Positions 8,831 through 17,630 of a stretch of DNA of 64,000 nucleotides are shown here, piece by piece. The translations under genes were made by a program, and so were the position numbers. The DNA lies in contig OZ240248.1 in assembly GCA_965198235.1 (NCBI GenBank), positions 224,001 through 288,000 of the forward strand, in the 5' to 3' direction. Source of the DNA: Candidatus Poribacteria bacterium. GTDB lineage: Bacteria > Poribacteria > WGA-4E > WGA-3G. Position 1 is the stretch's first letter. The number at the start of each line of letters is the position of its first letter. Under the pieces are notes generated by a model. That model was not told the origin of the DNA and ran no database searches. It saw only the letters and a program-made list of their open reading frames with translations.

Positions 8831-11245
8831 TCAAAATTCAAGCGTCAATCCGAAATAAACTATCCGAGGCAGTTGCGGTGCGTCAAAGACTTCACGTTCA
8901 ATGCCGACTTCCTGACCTTGAACGTCAAGGGTTGCCTCTTCAAAAATGAACCTTATCTTGTTTTTCCGGTTGTATACATTCAGAATATCAAGGAATCCAC
9001 CTGCCTTCAGTCCCCAAATGTTCCATTTATAACTCACCCGAAAGTCTAACTTATGATACGGTGCCAGTTCGGTGCTTAATTGTTCGTCAGCACTCGCCAA
9101 AAGCGGGTTCAATCCACGCGTTACGGGGTCTTGGATGAGAACGATCGAACTGATAGGGACTTCGGAGGTGCCGCTGAGATACTGCCACTTCGCGCCGATC
9201 TCAAAATTCGGTGTGAAGTTATAGTTAGCGACAATACTAACAATGTGCGTGTTATCGAAGAGGTAAGGTTGATAGGATCTTTTCGGGTTCTCGCGTCGTT
9301 CTGCGTGTGTATAAGCATAGGAAATCCAACCGAAGAACTTATCTGGAATCCGATGCCGTAAGAATACCTCCGCACCCCCGACGTACGCTGTCCCTTGATT
9401 GAGATAGTTCGAGACTTCATCGGGTGTTACCAACTTCTGTGCGTCCTTGTAATAGGTGGCAAGTTTGAGTTCGGTCCGCGATGAGAGTTCGTGTTCTAAT
9501 TCCATGATATAGTGCCGTGTGAGACTCGATTCCAATGCCCGGTTGCCGTTTTCCGACAGCAGATGAGACGGTTGTGGGCTCTGTTCATAATGTCCATACG
9601 CGAAGCGAAGATTGGAACCGTTCGGCAGTATGAAACTCACACTCCCGCGTGGCTGAATAGAGACCTGCTCCGTCACATTCAGATAGTCCAATCGAACGCC
9701 GAGTGCCACAGACAAGAACGAAAGCGGATCATATCGTCCTTGCACGTATCCTTCAGTCCGATAAAAATCGTGTCCGAATTCATCATGTATCTCCTCGAAA
9801 GAGGACTCTTCGACGACTTCACCGTCAGGTGTCTCTACCGTCCAATCTAAGTCGGGCTCTGCCTCAAAATTCTCCTCAATCCAGCCGTTTTCTGAGCTTT
9901 TCGCGGGATTGAAAGCGTAGAGAAAACCTGACTCCAATTGAAGCGTCGGATTTAACCTGTAGGAGACATCTTCGCGCAGCGTGTAGACTGGCGCATTAAT
10001 CTTTATTTCATAGTGGAAGTAGTTCGCTGCATAGCTTGACGGTTCCACCCTGCCCTCAACGATAGTGTATCTCTCGCCGGTGACAGCTTGGAGATCGATA
10101 TTGAGAAAATTATGAGAACGGGTCAAAGAGAGATGAGAGGTAAGATTTTCGGTGAAATTTGAGCGGAGATGAAGCCCTTGTCCATCGAACCCGTTTTTGA
10201 ACTGGACACTTGAGCGCGCAGCATCTTCATAGGGAATTTCTTCTATATCTTGTATTTCTTCGCCCTCTTCTACCAAGGTTGCCTCTTCCTCAATCTTAAA
10301 ATGGTCAGTTGCGGCGAAGGCGTTCACCGTGAGGTGATGTTTTTCAGTCAGCGCGTAGGTAGATTTTAGTTGATAGTCTGAAAAATAGGGTAACTGCTGT
10401 GCCGTTCCCGTTTGCTCCGCAATGATAGGTCCAGCGATGAGATCTAAGTAACTGCGCCGTCCAGAGGCGGAGATGTATCCCTTATCACCGATTTTGGTTT
10501 CGAGGAGTCCTTCAGAATAGAGGAGATTTAAATTGAATTTTCCGCTCCACGACTTTTCAATGTTGTCGCGTGCATATATGTCAAGCACGGCTTGCGAGTC
10601 CAGTCCGAATTCAGCACCATATCCACCCGCATAGATGTCAATTTTTTCAAGTGTTTCAGAACTGATTGTTGAAAGTAAACCGCCCCAATGGAAAGGGTAG
10701 CCGAGAGGCGTTCGATCGAGATAATAAAGGTTTGATCCGGGTTCACTCCCACGGATATAGAGAGCCCCGAAGTAGTCGTTTGGAATACCGATACTTGGAA
10801 GGGTCATGAGTCCTTTGAGTGTATCGTTGAAGGTGCCGGGGATGCGGAGGAGTTCACTGCCGAGAATTTCCGTGCGACTCACCGTCGGTGGGAGGCGTTT
10901 CCCTTCTACCACTACTGTTTCGAGCTTAAAAACCACCCCGAGGTGTATTTTGACTTCGGTGGTATCGCCGCTACTGATGTCCATCGACACTTTTGTGGGT
11001 GCCGTTTCCACAGGATGGGTTACGACGATGGTATATGTGCCTTCGGGTAGTTCTGTGAACTGAAAGCCCCCGTTTTCATCGGTCTTTTGGTGCTGGTCAG
11101 TTTCGAGGATACGAACATCAGCACCTACGAGGGATTTCCCTGTACTTCGCTGATAGACGGTTCCTTGAATATCACCGGTTTGGGCTATAACAGAGAGTGG
11201 CATGGTGATAAACACAAATAGAACTATAACGATTTGTGGCTTCAT
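8831..11245 (-). CDS. TonB-dependent receptor with N-terminal carboxypeptidase-regulatory-like domain
   Basis: Signal peptide, plug YIRGS, GGYGAEFG, NVYNRKN, C-terminal Phe. Confidence 0.9.
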   Translation of the reverse strand: MKPQIVIVLFVFITMPLSVIAQTGDIQGTVYQRSTGKSLVGADVRILETDQHQKTDENGGFQFTELPEGTYTIVVTHPVETAPTKVSMDISSGDTTEVKIHLGVVFKLETVVVEGKRLPPTVSRTEILGSELLRIPGTFNDTLKGLMTLPSIGIPNDYFGALYIRGSEPGSNLYYLDRTPLGYPFHWGGLLSTISSETLEKIDIYAGGYGAEFGLDSQAVLDIYARDNIEKSWSGKFNLNLLYSEGLLETKIGDKGYISASGRRSYLDLIAGPIIAEQTGTAQQLPYFSDYQLKSTYALTEKHHLTVNAFAATDHFKIEEEATLVEEGEEIQDIEEIPYEDAARSSVQFKNGFDGQGLHLRSNFTENLTSHLSLTRSHNFLNIDLQAVTGERYTIVEGRVEPSSYAANYFHYEIKINAPVYTLREDVSYRLNPTLQLESGFLYAFNPAKSSENGWIEENFEAEPDLDWTVETPDGEVVEESSFEEIHDEFGHDFYRTEGYVQGRYDPLSFLSVALGVRLDYLNVTEQVSIQPRGSVSFILPNGSNLRFAYGHYEQSPQPSHLLSENGNRALESSLTRHYIMELEHELSSRTELKLATYYKDAQKLVTPDEVSNYLNQGTAYVGGAEVFLRHRIPDKFFGWISYAYTHAERRENPKRSYQPYLFDNTHIVSIVANYNFTPNFEIGAKWQYLSGTSEVPISSIVLIQDPVTRGLNPLLASADEQLSTELAPYHKLDFRVSYKWNIWGLKAGGFLDILNVYNRKNKIRFIFEEATLDVQGQEVGIEREVFDAPQLPRIVYFGLTLEF

Positions 11246-11385
11246 TCAGTCGTTTTGACCTCCGATTCGGGCATTGACGTGACAATTCAACGTTCAATTA
11301 AGATTTTGGGTTTACTTAACATTAACGTGAGTTCGATGGAAGAAACGTAGTTTTGACATCAGCAAGGAAACACCTTCTATTTATT

Positions 11386-11417
11386 AGATACAATCTAAAG
11401 AAAAAAAGGTTGCATAA
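11386..11417 (-). promoter_or_regulatory. Putative ECF-type promoter motif
   Basis: TTATGCA-N18-TGTATCT followed by ATAGAAGGTG, upstream of the TonB receptor. Confidence 0.6.
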
Positions 11418-11543
11418 TTTTTCAGAGAGTCGTCTGAATGTTGGCTGTCAGCCGTCAGCGGTCAGGAGAATAGCGGTATTGCGAGTAGGTGGGGTTACAA
11501 ACCCCGCCAGCGGAGAGGTAGACAAATCCAGTACAGTACGCAG

Positions 11544-11582
11544 AAAAACCAAGCGCATGGCAAACACACGCTTGGCTTTTTT
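11544..11582. terminator. Likely intrinsic terminator after NHL gene
   Basis: CCAAGCG...CGCTTGG stem flanked by A and T tracts. Confidence 0.5.
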
Positions 11583-11633
11583 AAATAAACTGTAGTTTTG
11601 TTTCGCTGATAGGGTTCTAACCTTGCCCAGGTC

Positions 11634-12647
11634 CTATTCCTGATGCAACGTGACCGACCGACGCGGTGGGCTAAATTCCTGTTCTGTCAACGGCACTACC
11701 ATATTCCGATACACCTGAACCCGATAGGACCCAAAGTCTGGCACGAACATCAATCCCTCATCACTGACTGCGACAGATTTCGGTGAACGCAGGTATTTCT
11801 GCGGCTCCAGGTCCGCCATATCGCGCATCCGATTTGGGCTGGCGTTTGTCATCATGTAAGCCAGGGACACCTTTGACAAGGTGGCATCGCCGAGGAATTT
11901 CTGCACATATTGCCCTTCGGCGTTGAAGAGTTGAATGCGGTCATTGCCTCGGTCGGCGACATAGATATCGCCGTGCAGGTCAACATCAATCCCGGCGGGA
12001 CGGTTGAGCTCACCATTGCCACTACCGGATTTGCCGAATGCAAAGAGGAATTCTCCAGCGGCGTTGAATTTCTGTACCCTATCGTTTCGCCAATCGGAAA
12101 CATAGACATCGCCGAGTTCGTCTACAGCGACTCCCCAGGGCATGTTAAATTCACCTTCACCGTCGCCATAACCTCCCCATTGCATGAGGAACTTACCATC
12201 TTTCGTGAACTTCTGCACGCGATGCCCCAAGCTGTCAGCGACGTAGAGATTCCCCTCCGGATCGAAGGCGATACCCGCGGGTCCGTTGAGTTGCCCCGGA
12301 TCGGTGCCGTGTTCACCCCACGTACCGATATGTTCACCTTCACTGTTAAAGGCGACGATCCGATGCAGATATTCATCGGATACATAAAGATTTTCTTCGC
12401 TGTCAGGGGTAATCGTCACGGGCCACGTGAATTGACCGTCACCCTGTCCGTAACCACCCAGCGTGCCGAGGTCTTCGTCCTCAACGGTATATTTCCGAAT
12501 CATCGCCGTGCCGTCACTACGGCACATGATATACAAACGTCCCTCTTTTCCGATTGCGATGTCAACCGGAAAGTTGGTCGTTCGCCGCATGCTCAGGGTC
12601 TTGTGAAATGGAAACCCGGCACGCAGCAAGCCGTAAGGTCTACCCAT
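11634..12647 (-). CDS. NHL repeat beta-propeller protein
   Basis: Repeated G.G.GEF..P.GIA.D..G..YVAD..N.RVQKF. Confidence 0.9.
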   Translation of the reverse strand: MGRPYGLLRAGFPFHKTLSMRRTTNFPVDIAIGKEGRLYIMCRSDGTAMIRKYTVEDEDLGTLGGYGQGDGQFTWPVTITPDSEENLYVSDEYLHRIVAFNSEGEHIGTWGEHGTDPGQLNGPAGIAFDPEGNLYVADSLGHRVQKFTKDGKFLMQWGGYGDGEGEFNMPWGVAVDELGDVYVSDWRNDRVQKFNAAGEFLFAFGKSGSGNGELNRPAGIDVDLHGDIYVADRGNDRIQLFNAEGQYVQKFLGDATLSKVSLAYMMTNASPNRMRDMADLEPQKYLRSPKSVAVSDEGLMFVPDFGSYRVQVYRNMVVPLTEQEFSPPRRSVTLHQE

Positions 12648-12702
12648 GATAGCCTCCTACCGTTATTCTTAAGTCATTTAATAGCAAGTTTCAGTTTGCA
12701 AA

Positions 12703-13845
12703 CTACACTGAAAAGGGGTGAAGCTGTTCAAAATTCCCACCGACAATGTGGGTCGGATCTACACCCATCCACTGCTCTAAAAGCGTTCCGTATATGCCCC
12801 GGAAGTCGATGGTATGCTCAAGGTCTTCGCCGTGTACCCAACGGGACGGATCGAGAGACGGATATTCGGCGTAGAGTCCGCCTTTCACATGGTCACCGAT
12901 GATGAACGCACCGCCGCCGGTACCATGGTCAGTGCCGCTGGCGTTATCTCGGATACGTCTGCCGAATTCTGTGAAGACGTACATGACGATCTCTTCCGAG
13001 GCGTTCTGCGACCGTAGATCGGCGAAGAATGCTTGGATAGCTTCCGTGAGTTCTGTCAGAAGTCGTGGGTGTGTCGGGACCTCGTTGGCATGGTTATCGT
13101 AACCGCCGTGCTGCGTGTAAAAAACGCGTGTGCCGAGATCGGCGAGGTGGACCCGTGCGACATCCCGTAGGCTCTTTGCGATCGAGTTTTGTGGGTATTC
13201 CACTTCAGACGTATACATCGCCGGTGCCTTTTTGAGTTCATCAGCACCTTTGATCACGTCTAACCCGGTTTGGCTGAGGTAGTCCATCACGATACCGGTG
13301 CCAACCGTGCCACCGTACATCCCTTTGAATATCTCAAGTGCTTTTGTCCGTTGCCCCTCATCACCAATGCTGGTCATCAATCCGTAGTTATCCAAATCGC
13401 CAACAGAAGTGACGGGAATGCCGGAGAGTGCACAGGCGCGCGGGAGACCCTGTCCGAAACTGACACCTGTTAAGACGTTGCGGCTCTGTGGATCGAGTTC
13501 TCGGACGAGCCTGCCGACCCAACCTTCATCACCGATTTTCAGGGGTTCACAGGTATGCCAGATGTCCATTGCCCGGAAATGTGAGCGGTTTGAGTCCGGG
13601 TATCCGATTCCCTGCACAACAGCGACATCACCGGCGTCAAACATCTCTTTTAAGGGAGCAGCTTGCGGGTGCCAGCCCAAATGGTCGTCTACCTCTGCCG
13701 GTAGCACGTCTTCCGCTTTGATGCCGACAACCGGACGGGAATCGTGATAAATCCCGCTTGTGTACGGAATGAGTGTATTCATGAAGTCGTTGCCGCCGCT
13801 GAGTTGTACAACGACGAGGACCGGGGCTTTCTTAGTCGTACTCAT
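12703..13845 (-). CDS. DUF1501 family protein
   Basis: VVVQLSGGND, NRSHF, GGYDNH, EFGRR...GTDHG motifs; AGGAG RBS before ATG 13845. Confidence 0.88.
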   Translation of the reverse strand: MSTTKKAPVLVVVQLSGGNDFMNTLIPYTSGIYHDSRPVVGIKAEDVLPAEVDDHLGWHPQAAPLKEMFDAGDVAVVQGIGYPDSNRSHFRAMDIWHTCEPLKIGDEGWVGRLVRELDPQSRNVLTGVSFGQGLPRACALSGIPVTSVGDLDNYGLMTSIGDEGQRTKALEIFKGMYGGTVGTGIVMDYLSQTGLDVIKGADELKKAPAMYTSEVEYPQNSIAKSLRDVARVHLADLGTRVFYTQHGGYDNHANEVPTHPRLLTELTEAIQAFFADLRSQNASEEIVMYVFTEFGRRIRDNASGTDHGTGGGAFIIGDHVKGGLYAEYPSLDPSRWVHGEDLEHTIDFRGIYGTLLEQWMGVDPTHIVGGNFEQLHPFSV

Positions 13846-13897
13846 GTCGATGTCTCCTATATTTGAAGCCGCGATCACGGGACCGGGCTACAAAAGG

Positions 13898-15283
13898 TTA
13901 GCCAAGTTGATACTCTCTTGAAGCCACGATTAATTGGAGCATACTGACGACTCGCTCTTGGTTTTCCTCCGCAGCGTCATCATCTCCAAGGTTGAGTTCA
14001 CCGTTCGCTTCCGCAAATTGGGTGAGATACTCACGAGTGGTGTCGCCTATTGTCAGCGGTCCGGTGAGTTCAAGACATCTCTCCACAAACGCTTCCGGCG
14101 AGAGTGAACCCCCGTTATTTTTCAAACGTGTGATGAGATCCTGAATTCCGGGTTTCGATGCGTCGCTGACTTCACTAACGGCGAAGTTGACGCGAGCGGT
14201 AAGCAAACCCCCATCGATCCACTCTTTACCGGTGTGCCACCCTTCTACGGTAGGTGGATCCATGAGCTTCTGTCCCATCAATTGCGTAGCACCTGCATAT
14301 TGCCCCATTCCGGGTTGCGGACCTTGGAAGGTGCCTACCAGTTTCAGAATCCCCATGACGAGTTCCGTCGGACTCTTGACCTTCTTGAATTGGGCTTCCT
14401 TGAAGAAGTCGGAATTGAAAAGGACGTTGAGGACGTGGGATATATTCCCGTTAGACGCCATGAATGCGCCCGCGAGGGTCTCAACCGCTTCCGGATCCTG
14501 AGGTGGCGTCACGTTCCACGACGGGACCTGTGGCTCATCTGCGACAAAGAAGTTATAGAGGTGTCTGGAGATAAATCTGGCACAAGCGGGTTGTTCGACG
14601 ATGATGTCGATGATGTCATCACCATTGAGATTTCCGGTGTGCCCCAAGAAAGTTTTCTCCCCGTGGTCGTGTTCCTCTTCAACGAACAGGAAGGGGGCCG
14701 AGTAGTAACCGTGGGGATACAACGGAATCGGCTGCCCGAATGTCCAGCCTGTGAAGGCGCGAGCGCAACTCTTGATGTCATCTTCACTGTAGTTGCCCAC
14801 TCCCAATGAGAAAAGCTCAAGGAGTTCTCTCCCGTAGTTCTCGTTGGGTTCGCCTTTGCGATTTTCATTATTGTCGAGCCAGAAGATCATCGCCGGATCT
14901 TTGGAGAGTTCGAGTAGAGTGTCTCGTATCTGTCCCATACCGAGGCATCGAAGCATATCAATCTGGTTCGAGGATGCAAGGATATGCTGATTCTTACCTA
15001 ACCCCGTTGCAAAGACATGATGCCAGAAGAGTGCCATCTTCTCTTGAAGTGGACATCTGCTGTTCAACATCCGATAGATCCAAATACTGACATAAGCACC
15101 TTCACCGCCGAAGTAGCGTTCTAAAATGTCTTCATCAATGGGGGTCCCGCGTTCAGGATGGACGAGATCCTCAACGACATTCTCGTAGCCCTTTTCGACG
15201 TAGGCTTCCAGCTCGGTGCGGGTTGTTCCAAACCCTGCGCGGCGCATGAGGTGCGCCATTAACGCAACATCGTTCTGTGACAT
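13898..15283 (-). CDS. DUF1800 family protein
   Basis: HLMRRAGFG, EKMALFWH, PNENYGRELLELFSLG, ARAFTGW, PPTVEGW; GGAGG RBS before ATG 15283. Confidence 0.88.
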   Translation of the reverse strand: MSQNDVALMAHLMRRAGFGTTRTELEAYVEKGYENVVEDLVHPERGTPIDEDILERYFGGEGAYVSIWIYRMLNSRCPLQEKMALFWHHVFATGLGKNQHILASSNQIDMLRCLGMGQIRDTLLELSKDPAMIFWLDNNENRKGEPNENYGRELLELFSLGVGNYSEDDIKSCARAFTGWTFGQPIPLYPHGYYSAPFLFVEEEHDHGEKTFLGHTGNLNGDDIIDIIVEQPACARFISRHLYNFFVADEPQVPSWNVTPPQDPEAVETLAGAFMASNGNISHVLNVLFNSDFFKEAQFKKVKSPTELVMGILKLVGTFQGPQPGMGQYAGATQLMGQKLMDPPTVEGWHTGKEWIDGGLLTARVNFAVSEVSDASKPGIQDLITRLKNNGGSLSPEAFVERCLELTGPLTIGDTTREYLTQFAEANGELNLGDDDAAEENQERVVSMLQLIVASREYQLG

Positions 15284-15638
15284 GTTCACCTCCGATACGT
15301 TTACCGTGAGGGGATCCCTCACGTGAGTAACTTTCGATGGAATACCGTTCTGAACTTTCGGTTTCATCAAATTGGGAGAAACCGCTATAAGATTGCCTAT
15401 ATCTTATAATTAAAGTCAAAAAAATGTCAAGTTTTTTGTTTTTTGTCCAATCGCACTGGAATATCCAAACCGCCTCACCCACCGCTGGCGAGGTTTCCCA
15501 ACCTCGCCTCTTCTTTCTCACCCAATGGTCCGCGCACCACCCTCTTCTGTAGGAGGGATCTCCGAATCCCGACGCTTGCTAACCGCCGATCGCTACCCTC
15601 ATTGGATTAAAAATCACATTTTTTACATTTTTTTCAAA

Positions 15639-15670
15639 TTATGCACAGTTTTTCTCCGAAAATTGTGTCT
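15639..15670 (+). promoter_or_regulatory. Putative ECF-type promoter motif
   Basis: TTATGCA-N18-TGTGTCT followed by ATAGAAGGTG. Confidence 0.6.
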
Positions 15671-15785
15671 TTAATTATAGAAGGTGTGACGTACACGATA
15701 GAATTTAAGACACTTGCAATCCTGCGATGCTCGGACGGAATGGAGGTGATAGACCCAAGCCTAAAGACTTGGGCTTCTGCAAATA

Positions 15786-16997
15786 TTAAACAGAAGCATT
15801 TGTGGAATTGAGAAGCGGACTACACGCTTCAACGGAGGTGCCGACAATCCTGTTGAACAAAACAATCGGTCTTACGACTCCTAACCCAAAGGAAGCTACC
15901 CCTTCCTTAAGAATGTTCATAGCAGCGTTCTGGTCGCGGTCAAGGTGTGTTCCACAACTTGGGCATGTCCAGTGACGATCTGATAGCGTTAAGTCTTTAT
16001 TATGAGAGTTACAAACAGAACACGCTTTTGTAGTGGGCGACCACCGATGAATCTTCAGCACAGAACGGATACGCTTTTTGCTCTGGTGTTTGAGTTTCTG
16101 CATGAATTCACCAAAAGCAAGGTCAGAAACTTGTTTACCCCACAAGCGTTTCATACCCGAAAGGTTCAGGTCTTCAAAGAACAGGATGTCAAACTTCCGA
16201 CAGAGTTTTATCGCAAGTTTCCAGTGGTGGTCTGTTCGCTGGTTTGCTGTTTTCTTGTGGATACGGGCAACGTTCTTACGCGCTCGTTCCTGATTGTTAG
16301 AACCTTTGACTTTACGGGAATATACCTTTTGTGCTTCCGCCAACTTTTCAGCGTTGTGTTTGTAGAACATCGGAGATATTTCTCGGTGTCCGTCACTGGT
16401 AGTCAGGAAGTCTCTAATACCAAAATCAAACCCTTCAGCTTGACCCGTCTTGGGTTCATATTTGACTTCGCTATAGTCTTCAGTGAGCGTGATGTAAACA
16501 TCTCCGAGTGCGTCTCGTGTAACCTGAACTTCAATGATTTCGCCTTCTATCGGACGGTGCAGGGCGAAACGATACCAACGCCCATTCAATCGGATTTTAT
16601 ACGTCGGGTGATTTCTCTCGTGCTTCTGTTTCTCACAGACCTTTTCAATCTTCACCTGTTCACCGCGAAACGTCATCCCTTTGTGTTTCTGACAGGACTT
16701 GAATTTCGGGTGACCTCTACCTAATGTTTTTATTTCGCGAAAACTTTGTGCCAGACGCTTGAGAACATTTTGCAACGCCCATGAGTAGGGAATATTCCAA
16801 TGCTGGTATTTTTCAAGACGCTTAAGTTTCGTCAAATGCTTACACATTTTCGCAAAAGAAAGTCCCTTACCATACCTACGATAATATCGCATGCAGAGCG
16901 CAAGGAAGTGATTTTTGATAACGCCACAGATATTGCAGTCGTCCTGCAGGTGACGCAACGTCTTATCCTTGAAAAGTTTGTGTTTTGTGTTTCGCAT
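15786..16997 (-). CDS. tnpB: RNA-guided endonuclease TnpB
   Basis: 403 aa paralog of 6896-8107; RuvC and Zn finger intact. Confidence 0.95.
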   Translation of the reverse strand: MRNTKHKLFKDKTLRHLQDDCNICGVIKNHFLALCMRYYRRYGKGLSFAKMCKHLTKLKRLEKYQHWNIPYSWALQNVLKRLAQSFREIKTLGRGHPKFKSCQKHKGMTFRGEQVKIEKVCEKQKHERNHPTYKIRLNGRWYRFALHRPIEGEIIEVQVTRDALGDVYITLTEDYSEVKYEPKTGQAEGFDFGIRDFLTTSDGHREISPMFYKHNAEKLAEAQKVYSRKVKGSNNQERARKNVARIHKKTANQRTDHHWKLAIKLCRKFDILFFEDLNLSGMKRLWGKQVSDLAFGEFMQKLKHQSKKRIRSVLKIHRWSPTTKACSVCNSHNKDLTLSDRHWTCPSCGTHLDRDQNAAMNILKEGVASFGLGVVRPIVLFNRIVGTSVEACSPLLNSTNASV

Positions 16998-17007
16998 TGT
17001 TTTTCCT

Positions 17008-17086
17008 TAGCATCGTTCCCAATGTTACTTGGTTCGGTAGAGACCGCGCCTTGCGGCGCGGGTAACATTCTCTACCAACAATGCTA
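17008..17086 (-). ncRNA. Structured pseudoknotted tnpB leader RNA, copy 2
   Basis: UAGCAUUGUU/AACGAUGCUA, GGUAGAGA/UCUCUACC, CCGCGCC-GCAA-GGCGCGG, AUGUUAC/GUAACAU. Confidence 0.72.
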
Positions 17087-17091
17087 CTTTA

Positions 17092-17121
17092 AGTATAATA
17101 CTTTTTTTAGACAGATGTCAA
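17092..17121 (-). promoter_or_regulatory. Sigma70 promoter of tnpB copy 2
   Basis: TTGACA-18-TATACT. Confidence 0.75.
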
Positions 17122-17218
17122 GTCTTTTTTCAATATAGACCTATGGTCTAATTCACAAGGGCGGGCATTCATCCCAACGCTAAAGCATTGGGCTTTCTGC
17201 CCGTAAACGTGGTAAACC

Positions 17219-17445
17219 GTGAAAAGACGTTGGACGTTAGACATCTTGATTATCTGTGTCCCGTTAGTTATGACGCAAAGACGGCTGCGTTATGGCATTT
17301 TGATGAACCGAGTGGAACACGGAAATTCTCAGACGCATCGGGTCATGCGCATCATCTGGTGGGCGAAGGTGGGGCGAGGACCGGCATCCCACTCACAGTC
17401 GAACCCCACGGAAAACTCACGACAACCTGGGGACGACTGAAGTAA
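17219..17445 (+). pseudogene. Internally deleted secreted LamG-type gene
   Basis: GTG start MKRRWTLDILIICVPLV joined out of frame to DAKTAALWHFDE...VEPHGKLTTTWGRLK. Confidence 0.7.
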
Positions 17446-17564
17446 TGAAATCTCTTGTAGAAGGGAATTCTAATTCCTGGGGAAACACCCTATCAAAAAC
17501 ACTCTTAACTGAGAACCGAAAACTGAAAACTAATTCTTCACTTTTCCCAAATTATGCACAGTTT

Positions 17565-17630
17565 CTATCCTAAAGGAGGCGGCGTTTCCTTCCCCGAATA
17601 AATTCGAGGGTTTTCACGCCGAAAAATTTG
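17565..17630 (-). mobile_element. Solo IS200/IS605-type left end
   Basis: GGCGT-GAAA-..CCTCGAA-TTTA-TTCGGGG..ACGCC nested hairpin after target TCAT (the ATGA start of the next gene). Confidence 0.6.

Larger units (their letters stand above)
15746..17211 (-). mobile_element. IS200/IS605 family tnpB-only element, copy 2
   Basis: Left-end hairpin after target TTAC; same right end ending TCAC; precise removal restores GGAGG-TAAACC-GTG. Confidence 0.92.

Noticed and set aside
11910-12902. 330-aa plus-strand ORF
   Set aside because: Antisense to the NHL gene; no recognisable features
6896-16997. Possibility that the TnpBs are nuclease-dead regulators working with nearby ECF sigma factors
   Set aside because: RuvC D/E/D residues are intact, both sit in complete IS ends, and predicted guides are simply flanking DNA
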